NCBI GenBank assembly: GCA_025454725.1
Contig: JALONW010000036.1
Span: 1-46,551 of the forward strand
Length of the DNA: 46,551 nucleotides
From: Anaerolineae bacterium
Lineage (GTDB): Bacteria; Chloroflexota; Anaerolineae; Aggregatilineales; Phototrophicaceae
Direction of reading: 5' to 3'
The translations under genes and the position numbers were made by a program. The stretch's first letter is position 1; every line of letters begins with the position of its first letter. Under the pieces are notes generated by a model. The model worked only from the letters and a program-made list of their open reading frames with translations, searched no databases and was not told the origin of the DNA. Below are positions 1-9,606 of this stretch, in pieces.

Positions 1-3000
1 TCGAGGAATTGTTCGACATCGAAGGCTTTGAACGACCCCTTTTCGGCGGCGAGGTCTGCCGACATCAGGTAGGCGTTTTCCGCGATGAAGTAGTACAGCC
101 GGTCGATGAATTCCAGCGATTCGGGGCTGCCGTAGCGGACGTGCAGCTTGACCATCAGCTCGGCGATGCCCATCGTGCCGAGGCCGACGCGCCGTTCCGC
201 GCCCTGAACGCGGGCGTTCTCCTCGAAGAAGTAGGGGGTGCTGTCGATGACGTTATCGAGGAAGCGGACGCCGTAGCGCACCGCATTGGCGAGGTCTTCC
301 CAAGCCACGTCGTGATTTTCGGCGTCGTAGAACCGCGACAAATTGATTGCGCCAAGGTTGCAAATCCCAAACGCCGGGAGGGGCTGTTCACCACAGTTGT
401 GTGTAATAATACCGTTAATAGTCACGCTGTGCGCGATTGGCTCGGTCAAATCGTAGACAGCCTCTTCACCATCAGGTGTAACAGACTCCACACGCACCGT
501 GAACTTATCGGCGCGCAGACCCTTCACATACCCGCTGATGACCGATTCGAGGCGCTCCTGCTTGCGCGCCAGCATGAACCCAATTTCGCGGGCGAAGGTC
601 TGGGCGCTGGCCTTCGAGATGACCAGTTCGTGCTGGGCTTCCGTCCAGTATTCTTTCTGGCCGCCCTTGCCGTCGGGCATCATGCGGAACTGACCGACGC
701 GGCGGTTGCGGTAAATCCGGCTGACGATGCCGAAATTCGCCAAGACCTGCTGGGTCTGCTGCAGCAGCGGCAGGTGGCTGGACGCCAACCGGACGTTGAG
801 AGTCCCCTTGCCATACTGTACGCCGCCGTCCGCCGTAAACAGCGCCTGCAAGAAGCCGCGCTGCATTTCTTCCGTCCCACGGAAGACCTGTTCCGGCACT
901 TGGAGCTTGTCCCCAACCAAGCCATACTCGTCCGCGATGCGACGCAGGCGCTCCGACTGTACGCGGGCTTCATCACGCCCGGTCACATTAACCACGCCTA
1001 CGGTGTATTCGCGCACTGCCGACTTAAGGGTAATCGGCGTCACCAAATCCTCGACATACTTGGCAAAGACCGGCGCAAGTTCGCGCTTTTCGTCACCGAA
1101 GAACGAGAGGACGGCACGGTCAGACTTAATCGTCCCGTCACCGACCAACCAGCCTAATACGCGACCGAGTTCCAATGACCCGTGGCGGCCAAACCCACCC
1201 TTGCGGTTGAGGATATGCACGCGGTCTCCGGGCTTGAGGTCTTGCAGCTCAACCCAGCCGCTGGGGGTCATGAAGCGGTGGTCGGCGGTGGCGCGCACGC
1301 TGTAGCCCTCGACCGTTTCCAGCTTATAGACAGGCTTGACGCCCGTCATAAAGACGCGGGTGGCGGGGAGGAGGTTGTGCTGCACACCAAACCGGCTGTC
1401 CACCGCGACTGCGATGTCGGTTTCGTCGTTCCACAGGTCTTCGGCCTTCACTAAGCCTTCTGACGTGTAGACGCGGGTGTCGCCGGTGAAGCACGGGTTG
1501 GTCGAAATCAACTTGTGGAAATAGTGGCTGTTCGAGAGTTTGTTGCTGCGGTCGCGGAACCAGACGCCCGGTTCGGCGCTGGCCCATGCGCTCTCGATGA
1601 TGGCGTTCCAGACCTCGCGTGCCTTGACCGTCTTGTACACGTGAACTTTGCGCCCAGCGGCCTGCCACGCCTCCATATCGCCGTCCCACACCGTGTCGTA
1701 ATCGGCGTCGGAGGTGTCGGGGAAGAGCAGGTCCCAATCGGCGTCGGCTTCGACGGCTTCCATCAGCGCATCACTGACGCCTACGCTGATGTTGGCGTTG
1801 GTGATTTGCCCGGCTTGACGCTTGCTGTTAATAAAGTTGAAAACGTCTGGATGCCAGTCGTTTAATATTAACATAAGCGCGCCTCTCCGGCTGCCACCTT
1901 GTTCTATTAATCCGGTAACAAAAGAGTAAAGCGCACCCCATGAGACCGAACCGCTGGAACGTCCGTTGACACCCTTCACGTAAGCGTGACGCGGGCGCAG
2001 GGTCGAAATGTTAATGCCGACACCGCCGCCGCGTGACATAATTTCGGTCATCTGCGAGAGGGTTTCCATAATCCCGCCGCGAGAGTCACGGGGGGAGGGG
2101 ATGACATAGCAGTTTGAGACGACCACACCCGCCGAAACGAATGAGTGGTCTTCCTCAACCTCAATGTCTAACACCGTGCCTGTGTAGTCTTGAATGCTGA
2201 TTTCGCCGATTCGTACCCACTTGAGGTTGTTGTATTCGATATGAGAAGTCAGACCATGCGAAACTTCAGGCGCACTGACGCCAAAGAAATTTTGAAACAG
2301 GTCTGCGGCCTCTGTTGCGCCACTTGTTAAACGATAAGCTGGGGTACGACCATTCTTGTGGGTATTCTCGAAAATGCTGAAGAAGTAACCCAGACGCATC
2401 AACAATTGATGAACTTGAGTTGCCAGCGTGCGGTTTGAGAGCAGCATTCCGATTTGGTCATTCGAAACATAACCATCGGCGCTGAAAATTCCACGAAGCA
2501 GCGCTAGTGTGTGATTATCGGGCAGGTGCATCAATTCTGAAGGGATTTGCTTGGCATAACTGTATTTGCCCAGCAAATTTTTAAAGAACTCGCCAATGGG
2601 CATTGAATTAACCCATAAGTCGAGCCAGTTTCCACCTGTACTACTCTTGATGGCAGCAGGTACGCCGAATTTGTCTTCAACGATAGCGGCTAGTTCTTCG
2701 GCTTGAGCTTGTTCATCCAATCCAAAAACAATCTTGATGCCCGATGGGATGTCGGTTCCAGTACGGTGGGTAATGCAACCATCTCCTAGCCAGCGCCCGA
2801 AGAGATAGCACAAAGCCTCATCAATGATGACTTCTGAGCGTACCGCTAATGTGGGTTTACCCAAACTTTTTGCTTTACGAATCCAACCCGCATCTAGCTT
2901 ATAGGCGTTAGCACCTTCTTCGACTAAACGACCTGTAAAGCTTTCATAGCCGATATAGTCCATCAAATTTAGAGAGACAATATCGGTATATGTTCCATCA

Positions 3001-3767
3001 TAGGCGGCTGCGAGATAGTCTCCCGGCTTTAAATCCTTAGCTGGAATCCAAGTTGGTTCTTGTGCTAAACGCAGCCCATCACGACTGCGGTGCTTGTTGA
3101 CCCATTCACTCCGAATAGCGAGGACTTTATGGTCACCGGTCACACGTACAGCATCATAGCCAATTTTCTTGGGCTGAATAACATACATCGGCTCGTGGGT
3201 TTCGCGCTCGAACTTGTGCAGCACACGGCGAAGGCGGTTTTGATGGGTAACGACATAATCGCCCACCTGCACCTCACCGATAGGGCGGTAGCCGTCCGCC
3301 GTCAGGATTTCCTGCTCTGGCGGCATACAATTGTAGTAGGTAAGTTGTTGGTCAGTGCCCGCACCGGTTAAGATGCGACCGCCGGGGACGAACTTCCAGC
3401 CATCCAGCAGCCAGCGGAACTTCTCTGACCATTCTGCCCGCTTCTCGTCGGTGGCCTCAATCTGGGCGATACCCGCCGCCACGCGGTCCATCATCTGCTC
3501 TGGGCGCGTCTCCAGCGGCTTATCGACGTTCTCAATCCCGCGTGTCACCACCTCACCGTCCAGCAGCTTGATGCGCGCCTCGGTCTGGGTGAGATGCTCG
3601 ACCGTCCCCACCTCGCGCTGGCCGGTCTTGGGGTTGACCACGACGATGACCGTATCACCAACCGCGAGGGTGGCACGGGTCATGTCTTTCAGCGCATATC
3701 TGTCTAGGAAAATCTTGTAACCGAGTTCATGTAGGGCATTCCGGTCGGCGGCAGCGGGCTGTACCAT
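1..3767 (-). CDS. nrdJ: Class II (adenosylcobalamin-dependent) ribonucleotide reductase with two inteins; 3' end outside the window
   Basis: Manual translation from ATG 3767 (RBS AGAAGGAG): MVQPAAADRNALHELGYKIFLDRYALKD...KFVPGGRIL...YYN|CYVIPSPRDSRGGI...SRGGGVG...EQGGSRRGALM...NANISV...SAEPG...TNP|CGEQPLPAFGICNLGAINL...RRVGLGTMGIA. The frame is the same at both ends and at all intein junctions. Missing from the ORF track because the stop lies outside the window. Confidence 0.93.
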   Translation of the reverse strand, partial: MVQPAAADRNALHELGYKIFLDRYALKDMTRATLAVGDTVIVVVNPKTGQREVGTVEHLTQTEARIKLLDGEVVTRGIENVDKPLETRPEQMMDRVAAGIAQIEATDEKRAEWSEKFRWLLDGWKFVPGGRILTGAGTDQQLTYYNCMPPEQEILTADGYRPIGEVQVGDYVVTHQNRLRRVLHKFERETHEPMYVIQPKKIGYDAVRVTGDHKVLAIRSEWVNKHRSRDGLRLAQEPTWIPAKDLKPGDYLAAAYDGTYTDIVSLNLMDYIGYESFTGRLVEEGANAYKLDAGWIRKAKSLGKPTLAVRSEVIIDEALCYLFGRWLGDGCITHRTGTDIPSGIKIVFGLDEQAQAEELAAIVEDKFGVPAAIKSSTGGNWLDLWVNSMPIGEFFKNLLGKYSYAKQIPSELMHLPDNHTLALLRGIFSADGYVSNDQIGMLLSNRTLATQVHQLLMRLGYFFSIFENTHKNGRTPAYRLTSGATEAADLFQNFFGVSAPEVSHGLTSHIEYNNLKWVRIGEISIQDYTGTVLDIEVEEDHSFVSAGVVVSNCYVIPSPRDSRGGIMETLSQMTEIMSRGGGVGINISTLRPRHAYVKGVNGRSSGSVSWGALYSFVTGLIEQGGSRRGALMLILNDWHPDVFNFINSKRQAGQITNANISVGVSDALMEAVEADADWDLLFPDTSDADYDTVWDGDMEAWQAAGRKVHVYKTVKAREVWNAIIESAWASAEPGVWFRDRSNKLSNSHYFHKLISTNPCFTGDTRVYTSEGLVKAEDLWNDETDIAVAVDSRFGVQHNLLPATRVFMTGVKPVYKLETVEGYSVRATADHRFMTPSGWVELQDLKPGDRVHILNRKGGFGRHGSLELGRVLGWLVGDGTIKSDRAVLSFFGDEKRELAPVFAKYVEDLVTPITLKSAVREYTVGVVNVTGRDEARVQSERLRRIADEYGLVGDKLQVPEQVFRGTEEMQRGFLQALFTADGGVQYGKGTLNVRLASSHLPLLQQTQQVLANFGIVSRIYRNRRVGQFRMMPDGKGGQKEYWTEAQHELVISKASAQTFAREIGFMLARKQERLESVISGYVKGLRADKFTVRVESVTPDGEEAVYDLTEPIAHSVTINGIITHNCGEQPLPAFGICNLGAINLSRFYDAENHDVAWEDLANAVRYGVRFLDNVIDSTPYFFEENARVQGAERRVGLGTMGIAELMVKLHVRYGSPESLEFIDRLYYFIAENAYLMSADLAAEKGSFKAFDVEQFL
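396..1493 (-). mobile_element. Intein 2 in nrdJ (366 aa) with LAGLIDADG homing endonuclease
   Basis: Starts CFTGDTRVYTSEGLVKAEDL, block B RATADHRFMT, LGWLVGDGTI and FLQALFTADGGV. Ends HSVTINGIITHN, followed by CGEQP. Inserted in the TNP|CGE active-site motif. Confidence 0.94.
2112..3329 (-). mobile_element. Intein 1 in nrdJ (406 aa) with LAGLIDADG homing endonuclease
   Basis: Starts CMPPEQEILTADGYRPIGEVQVGDYV (block A). LAGLIDADG-like LFGRWLGDGCI and LLRGIFSADGYV. Ends DIEVEEDHSFVSAGVVVSN, followed by extein Cys. Visibly AT-richer than the host gene. Confidence 0.92.
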
Positions 3768-4091
3768 GACGACGCACTCTCCTTCTTAAACTGAAACCAG
3801 ACTCAAACGGGGCATTCGCCCCATTGGTTAGAAATTCGTGATAAAAATCCAGCACTATCCCACGGTAACGAACGTCACCGTAGCCCCTAAGCGATGATGG
3901 TGTCAAAAGTGGGTGTTTGGAACAGGTTGACGGGAAAAACCGTCAAAGTGGAGTTACTGAACACCTCAGTTATAGCACGACTCTAAAACATCTGTCCACT
4001 ATAAAAGGGATAGTCTAAGGTTTGTTTTTCGTTTCGTTTTCCCTTAAATCTATGTAAAGAGATTTTGAGTTTTGTGATGCACCAAAACTCA

Positions 4092-5207
4092 CTAAGGGCT
4101 TGACGGCAGGGTGGCTGACGCGGTAGTGCCACGGCCTTCGGCACTGTCTAGGGTCAAGCTGCCGCCCATCAGCGTGACACAGGCCAGCGCGACCGTCAGG
4201 CCAACGCCGCTGCCGGGTCGCTCACCCACATTGGGGCCGCGCTGGTAAAGTTGGGTGGCTTGGGGGAGGAAATCGGTGGGGATGCCGATTCCGGGGTCGC
4301 TGACCGTCACGGTGAGCTGACTGGGGCGGTGGTGCAGTGCGAGGTGAATGGTGCTGCCGGGCGGAGAATAGACCACTGCGTTGGCCGCCAGTTTCTCGAC
4401 CAGCGCCCGCAGCAGCACGCCGTCGATGACCACCCAGTCGGGTAGGCCGTCCATCGACACGTCGAAGGTCGGATGATGGGGGTGTTCGCGCAGGCCGCGC
4501 AGGGCGCGCCGCATGAGGTCGGTCAGGTCGGTCGGCTCGTCGTGGGCGGCCAATTCGCCGCGCTCGACCTTGCCGAGGAAGCGCAGGTCTTCAATGAGGG
4601 TGGCTGCCATGCGGACATGGGTCTGGATGCGCTGGAGGTGGTCTTGGCGTTGCGCGTCGGTCAGCCGGTCGTGGTAGCTGACCAGCATCCCCGCCGAGGA
4701 CTGGATAATCGCCAGCGGTGTGCGGAGTTGGTGGGCAACCTCGCTGAGGAAGGCGTCGCGCTGGCGCTGGCTGGCCTGCTGCACCTCAGTGGTGGTGCGG
4801 GCGCGCTCGTCGTCTGTGTCGCGGCGGTGCTTGGCCTCGCGCTCGGCCACGTCGCGCAGGTGCATGGCAATGAGGTCGCCGTCTGTGCGACGGACGGGAG
4901 TCACCAACAGCTCGAAAGCGCTCTCAACCCCGTCAGCGCGACGCAGCGGCTGAACTTCGGCGATACCACCCACCCCGCGCAGGCGCCGAATCAGGTTGGT
5001 CTTGCTGTTGACGGTGGCGGGGGGCAGCAGGTCGGAGAAATGCTGACCGACCAGCGCGCCCGGCGCATAGCCCAACAGCGACTCGGCGGCAGGGTTGGCG
5101 CTGACCACCCGTCCATCGGCCAAGCGCAGGAGGATAACCCCATCAGGGGTGGCTTGCAGGTAGGCATCACCGAGCGAATCGGGCGCGGAAGAGTTGGTGT
5201 CGTTCAT
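4092..5207 (-). CDS. PAS-domain sensor histidine kinase (soluble)
   Basis: PAS (ANPAAESLLGY), H-box AHQLRTPL, N-box LAANAVVYS, G1 SDPGIGIP, G2 GSGVGL. Start set to ATG 5207. Confidence 0.88.
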   Translation of the reverse strand: MNDTNSSAPDSLGDAYLQATPDGVILLRLADGRVVSANPAAESLLGYAPGALVGQHFSDLLPPATVNSKTNLIRRLRGVGGIAEVQPLRRADGVESAFELLVTPVRRTDGDLIAMHLRDVAEREAKHRRDTDDERARTTTEVQQASQRQRDAFLSEVAHQLRTPLAIIQSSAGMLVSYHDRLTDAQRQDHLQRIQTHVRMAATLIEDLRFLGKVERGELAAHDEPTDLTDLMRRALRGLREHPHHPTFDVSMDGLPDWVVIDGVLLRALVEKLAANAVVYSPPGSTIHLALHHRPSQLTVTVSDPGIGIPTDFLPQATQLYQRGPNVGERPGSGVGLTVALACVTLMGGSLTLDSAEGRGTTASATLPSSP

Positions 5208-5430
5208 GGCGCAGACGGCTTTCACAGGGATAGGCCAGCCCTACTAGTATACGCCTGTTTGAAGCAATATTGTGTTACGAAACCGATAGGTTAGGGTTTG
5301 TAAGCACGAATCTCACCACCTATCCACGACCAATACCCCACCCGGCGGCGGCAACCCGCCCGGCACTTTGCGCCGGTTATGGCTATAATAGGGGATGCAT
5401 GGTTTATTTTAGGGGACGGGGGTCGCGGTT

Positions 5431-6504
5431 ATGAGACGCCTTTTACTTTCACTGGTTGCGGTACTGCTGTTGGGCGCGGTCGGTCTGACCACCACGCAGG
5501 AGACGCTGGCGCAAGGCGCGCAGACCGGCGGCAACTGGCAGGCCGAATACTTCGGTAACAACATCTTTACGCCACCCGCCGCCTTCATACGGGTGGATAA
5601 CACCATCCAGTTTAACTATGGGGGCGGCGCACCCAGCCAAGGTGGGACCTCGCTCCCGGCTGACAACTTCTCCATCCGTTGGACGGGGACGCAGCCGATT
5701 ACGACGGCAGGAACCTACCAGTTCACTGCCGTGTCTGAGGACGACGTACAGGTTGAGGTCAACGGCATCGTCATCATCCCCTTCACCGGGCAAGACATCG
5801 CCGCGCCGACCGCCCGCACAGGTATCGCGCTGCTCAATACCGGCTCGGCGTCGATTCGTGTGAGCTACAAGGCTTTCACGGGCAATGCCAGCATCAACTT
5901 CTTCTACCAGCTCACCGGCGCGACCGGCGGGTCAACCCAAATCCCCGGCGTTATCTTCACGCCGACCGTCACCGTCCCGCCGACCCGCACGCCACTGCCG
6001 TTCATCCCGCCCGGCGCACTGACCGCCACGGTCATCCGCGCTTCGGTGCTGAACGTGCGCGACGCGCCCTCGACCGGCGGCAACCGGCTTGGCCGCATCC
6101 TGCGCGGCGAGACTTACGCCGTCTTGGGGCGCGACGCCGATGCGCGCTGGTTCCTGCTCCAACTGGGCGGCTATCAGGGCTGGGCTTACGGCTACTACTT
6201 GTTCGTCAATGGCAACGAGTTTAACGCGCCGATTACCAGCCCGTTCGGGACACTGGGCGTCCCCGCTGGAGTGGTCGATACCGGCGTAGTGACACAGGCG
6301 CGGGCGACACTGGTGCTGCGCGATGTGCCGAGCGTGGCCGGGAATCAAATCGGTCGTGTGACGTGGGGCGCTTTCCTGCCCGTCATCGGCAAGACGGGCG
6401 ACGGCTTCTGGTATCAGGTGGTGTGGAAGGGAACGGTCGGTTGGGTCTACTCGCCCTACACCGCCATCACACAGGGAGACCCTGCCGTCGTGCCGGTGCG
6501 CTAA
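5431..6504 (+). CDS. Secreted PA14 + tandem bacterial SH3 domain protein
   Basis: Signal peptide. PA14 motifs WQAEYF..DNFSIRWTG..GTYQF..SEDDV. Two SH3_3 repeats (LNVRDAPST..GWAY and LRDVPS..WYQV..GWVY). Confidence 0.8.
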   Translation: MRRLLLSLVAVLLLGAVGLTTTQETLAQGAQTGGNWQAEYFGNNIFTPPAAFIRVDNTIQFNYGGGAPSQGGTSLPADNFSIRWTGTQPITTAGTYQFTAVSEDDVQVEVNGIVIIPFTGQDIAAPTARTGIALLNTGSASIRVSYKAFTGNASINFFYQLTGATGGSTQIPGVIFTPTVTVPPTRTPLPFIPPGALTATVIRASVLNVRDAPSTGGNRLGRILRGETYAVLGRDADARWFLLQLGGYQGWAYGYYLFVNGNEFNAPITSPFGTLGVPAGVVDTGVVTQARATLVLRDVPSVAGNQIGRVTWGAFLPVIGKTGDGFWYQVVWKGTVGWVYSPYTAITQGDPAVVPVR

Positions 6505-6506
6505 TC

Positions 6507-7067
6507 ATGTCGGCGGAAGACCGGGCGAAGTGGAACGCCCGCTACCGTGACCGGGCGGGGGACAGTTACCCCCGCCCCGACCTGCTGCTGCTGGACTACA
6601 CCCCCCCTCTGCCGCCCAACCGCCCCGGTCGGGCGCTGGATTTGGCGGGGGGTGTCGGTCAGAATGGGCTGTGGCTGGCCGAGCAGGGCTATGTGGTCGA
6701 TATTATGGACATCAGCCGGGCGGGGCTGGACCGCGCGCGCACCGAGATGGCGGCGCGCAGCATCCGCACGGTTAACCTGCTGTGCGTTGACCTCGACACC
6801 ACGCCCCTCCCAACCGACACCTATGACATGGTGTGCGTGTTCCGCTACCTCAACCGGATGGTGCTGCCGTCCTTGATGACCACCATCCGCTCCGGCGGTC
6901 GCCTGATTTATGAGACATTCAGCCCCGCAGCGCGCCAGAGCCGCCCCGACCTCAACCCCGACTACTGCCTTGCGCCGGGGGAACTGGCGTCGGCCTTCCC
7001 CAAATGGCGCGTCCTGCGCGACACCGAAGACGGGGTGTGGGCGCAGTTCGTCGCCATCAAGCCGTGA
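6507..7067 (+). CDS. Class I SAM-dependent methyltransferase (TehB-like)
   Basis: ATG at 6507, 2 nt after the upstream stop. KWNARY, ALDLAGGVGQNG motif I, VDLD, GGRLIYETF. Confidence 0.85.
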   Translation: MSAEDRAKWNARYRDRAGDSYPRPDLLLLDYTPPLPPNRPGRALDLAGGVGQNGLWLAEQGYVVDIMDISRAGLDRARTEMAARSIRTVNLLCVDLDTTPLPTDTYDMVCVFRYLNRMVLPSLMTTIRSGGRLIYETFSPAARQSRPDLNPDYCLAPGELASAFPKWRVLRDTEDGVWAQFVAIKP

Positions 7068-7077
7068 GGGGAAATGT

Positions 7078-7749
7078 TTACCCCAACACGCGGATGAGCA
7101 TCAGGCCGTCATAGCCTTTTGCGCCCACCGTCTGGATGGCCGTCGCGCTCACCCGTGGCTCGGCGGCCACACGCTCAACGAAGCCGCGCACGCCCTTCAC
7201 ATTCGGGTCGGTGCTGTCGGCGTCGATGACCGCGCCGTCACGCACCACATTGTCCATCACAATCACACTGCCGGGCCGGGTCAGGCGCAGCGCCCACTCG
7301 AAGTAAGGGGTGTTGTTGGGCTTGTCCGCGTCGATAAACACAAAATCAAATGGCTCGATTCCCTCGGTTTGCAGCGCGGGCAGGGATTCCAGCGCCGAGC
7401 CGACGCGCACGTCTACTTTATCTATCAGCCCAGCGCGGGTGAGGTTGGCGCGGGCGACATCGGCATGTTTGAGGCTGTATTCCAGCGTCACGACCTGTCC
7501 GCCGTCAGTGGGGAGCGCCCGTGCGAGCCAGATGGTGCTGTAGCCGCCCAGCGTCCCAATTTCGAGGATGCGGCGTGCGCCCTGCATCTGTGCGAGCAGG
7601 TAAAGCAGCTTGCCTTGGTTGGGCGCGACGTTAATCTGCGGCAGCCCAGCGGCGTCGCTGTCGGTGAGCGCGGACTCCAGCACGGGGTCGGGTGGCATCA
7701 GGTGTTGGCTGAAGTAGTGGTCAACGGCGGTCCATTGTGTCTGAGACAT
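7078..7749 (-). CDS. O-methyltransferase (caffeoyl-CoA/catechol OMT family)
   Basis: RILEIGTLGGYSTIWLA, FDFVFIDADK, MDNVVRDG, KGYDG. Confidence 0.92.
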   Translation of the reverse strand: MSQTQWTAVDHYFSQHLMPPDPVLESALTDSDAAGLPQINVAPNQGKLLYLLAQMQGARRILEIGTLGGYSTIWLARALPTDGGQVVTLEYSLKHADVARANLTRAGLIDKVDVRVGSALESLPALQTEGIEPFDFVFIDADKPNNTPYFEWALRLTRPGSVIVMDNVVRDGAVIDADSTDPNVKGVRGFVERVAAEPRVSATAIQTVGAKGYDGLMLIRVLG

Positions 7750-7830
7750 CGGTGGGTTTGTCCTTCGGTGTGCGCGTCACTAAACAAGGGCTTGTACGGA
7801 GCAAGACGACAAAATGTCGCGGTGGGTTCC

Positions 7831-8514
7831 CTAAACCCGCGCCAGCCACCCCGCCACCGCCTCACGCGACAGCGGGCCACCGTGGCCGACGTAGAAGCGC
7901 TGTGCGCCCATCTGCAACAGCTTATCGACACTGGCGCGCACGGTGGGGATATTCTCGGCGGGGTTGGGGAGGAAGTAGGGCATCCGGGGGATGTGGGACA
8001 GCACGAAGCCGCCCAGCGCCCCACCGCGCAGCAGGTCGCCGATGATGGCCGAGCCGTCGTCCATGACCACACTGAGCGAGCCGGGCGTGTGGCCGGGGGT
8101 ATGCACGAGCTTACCGGCGATGCCGTAAGCGCGCAGGTCGGTGGACTCATCGACCGTCAGGTCGTGCGCAGCGCGGGGGTACGGCACGTCGATGAAGCGG
8201 TGCAGCAGGCGCGCTTCCAGCCCCATTGGGGTCATGGGGCCGTTGCTGCCTGCGTGCAGCCGTTCGACCTCCAATGGGTGGCAGGCCAGCGGCGCGTTGA
8301 TGAGGTTTTTCAGGTCTTGGGCGCTGCCCGCGTGGTCAATGTGCGCGTGCGTTAGCAAGATGAGCGAGACCGCGCCCGCCGCTACGCCCAGTTTTTCCAG
8401 TGTGCGGGCGATTTTACCGGCCTGCTTGGCCTGCCCGGTATCGACCACCACCGTACGCTCCCCGCGCACAATATACACGTTCGCCATGCCGAGGTTGAGC
8501 TGATGAATGGTCAT
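7831..8514 (-). CDS. MBL-fold metallo-hydrolase
   Basis: VDTG, THAHIDHAG, HTPGHTPGS, GD, GHG metal-binding motifs. Confidence 0.9.
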   Translation of the reverse strand: MTIHQLNLGMANVYIVRGERTVVVDTGQAKQAGKIARTLEKLGVAAGAVSLILLTHAHIDHAGSAQDLKNLINAPLACHPLEVERLHAGSNGPMTPMGLEARLLHRFIDVPYPRAAHDLTVDESTDLRAYGIAGKLVHTPGHTPGSLSVVMDDGSAIIGDLLRGGALGGFVLSHIPRMPYFLPNPAENIPTVRASVDKLLQMGAQRFYVGHGGPLSREAVAGWLARV

Positions 8515-8634
8515 GGTGGGGTATCCCCTTGCGCTGTTGAAACGGATGAAAGATTATCCGTTATTGTAGCGTGTTTAGGAACAACAGGGGCGGAGCATCC
8601 CATTTGAGGAATACCCCGCCCCACAGATACAACC

Positions 8635-9576
8635 TCACTCCTCGTCCGGCCACAGTGACGCGAACAGCCGGTCGGTGTCGGTATCGACGCCGCACGCGCT
8701 GAAGTAGTCCGCCAGCCGCTTCACATCGCGGCGTAATAGGTCACGGGCGTTGGGGTTGCCCTCCACGCTGATGACCTGCGGGAAGTCAATCAGGATAACC
8801 TGTTCCTCCCAGTACAACAGGTTATACGGGGATAGGTCGCCGTGGATGATGCCGAGGTCGAGCATCAGGCGCAGGTTGCGCTCCACGGTCTCGAAGGCGG
8901 CCTGCGCCTCGTCCTCGTCCAGCCGCAGCTCACCGAGGGTTGGGGCGCTTAGGCGCTCATCGCCCACAAACGACATCAGGATGCCGTTGGCGGCGGAGGC
9001 AATGGGCCTCGGCACGTCCGCGCCCGCCTCGTGCAGCCGCTTGAGGGTCTGGAACTCGTGCATCAACCAAGACGTGTGCATGACCTCTTGGCCGTAGGCG
9101 GTCTTCTTGCCGATGGCGCGCATCTCGCGGTGGTCGGTCTTCTTGAGCGCCGCCCCGCCGCTGTTGAGGATGTTGCGCCCCTCGCGGTACACATGGTCGT
9201 TTTTCATGGTGCGGAACATCTGCGGGCGGTAGACTTTCGCCGCCAGCAGGCCGCCCCCGGCCATCTCGGAGGCTTCGCAGCGGTAGACATTAGCCTCCTT
9301 GCCGCCCTTGACCCGCCCCAATACGTCGGCCAACAAGCCCATGTCTTGGAACGGTTTGAGCGAATTGAGCAGCCAGCCCTCCTCGAACAGGCCGGGCTTG
9401 TAGGTGGTGTTGAACCCGCTCTCCATCGCCCCGACCTCGGCTACCGCCCCGATTTGGGCGGCGCGGTCGAGCTTGGGTTTGTGGTTGGGCTTGCGTTTGC
9501 GCGGCTGGCGCGCTTCAAAGGCCGATTCATAGTCGGCGTAGCGGTCGAGGTCGTCGTTCATCCAATCACCGGTCAC
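8635..9576 (-). CDS. RIO1-family atypical serine kinase/ATPase
   Basis: GGKEANVY, AAKVYR, EFQTL, IHGDLSPYNLL, IDFPQ, RDV. Start GTG 9576 (AAAGGA RBS 8 nt upstream) or ATG 9561. Confidence 0.88.
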   Translation of the reverse strand: MTGDWMNDDLDRYADYESAFEARQPRKRKPNHKPKLDRAAQIGAVAEVGAMESGFNTTYKPGLFEEGWLLNSLKPFQDMGLLADVLGRVKGGKEANVYRCEASEMAGGGLLAAKVYRPQMFRTMKNDHVYREGRNILNSGGAALKKTDHREMRAIGKKTAYGQEVMHTSWLMHEFQTLKRLHEAGADVPRPIASAANGILMSFVGDERLSAPTLGELRLDEDEAQAAFETVERNLRLMLDLGIIHGDLSPYNLLYWEEQVILIDFPQVISVEGNPNARDLLRRDVKRLADYFSACGVDTDTDRLFASLWPDEE

Positions 9577-9606
9577 GGTGGAATTCCTTTTGTGGTTTTT
9601 AGGGTA

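Noticed and set aside
9-1157. 382-aa plus-strand ORF
   Set aside because: Antisense shadow of nrdJ and intein 2; the minus frame carries the recognisable motifs.
3768-4091. Cobalamin riboswitch or NrdR boxes upstream of nrdJ
   Set aside because: Only short hairpins are visible. I found no B12-box/core riboswitch motifs and no convincing match to the NrdR consensus. An Rfam scan would settle it.
6910-8355. 481-aa plus-strand ORF
   Set aside because: Antisense to the O-methyltransferase and MBL hydrolase; typical high-GC shadow ORF.
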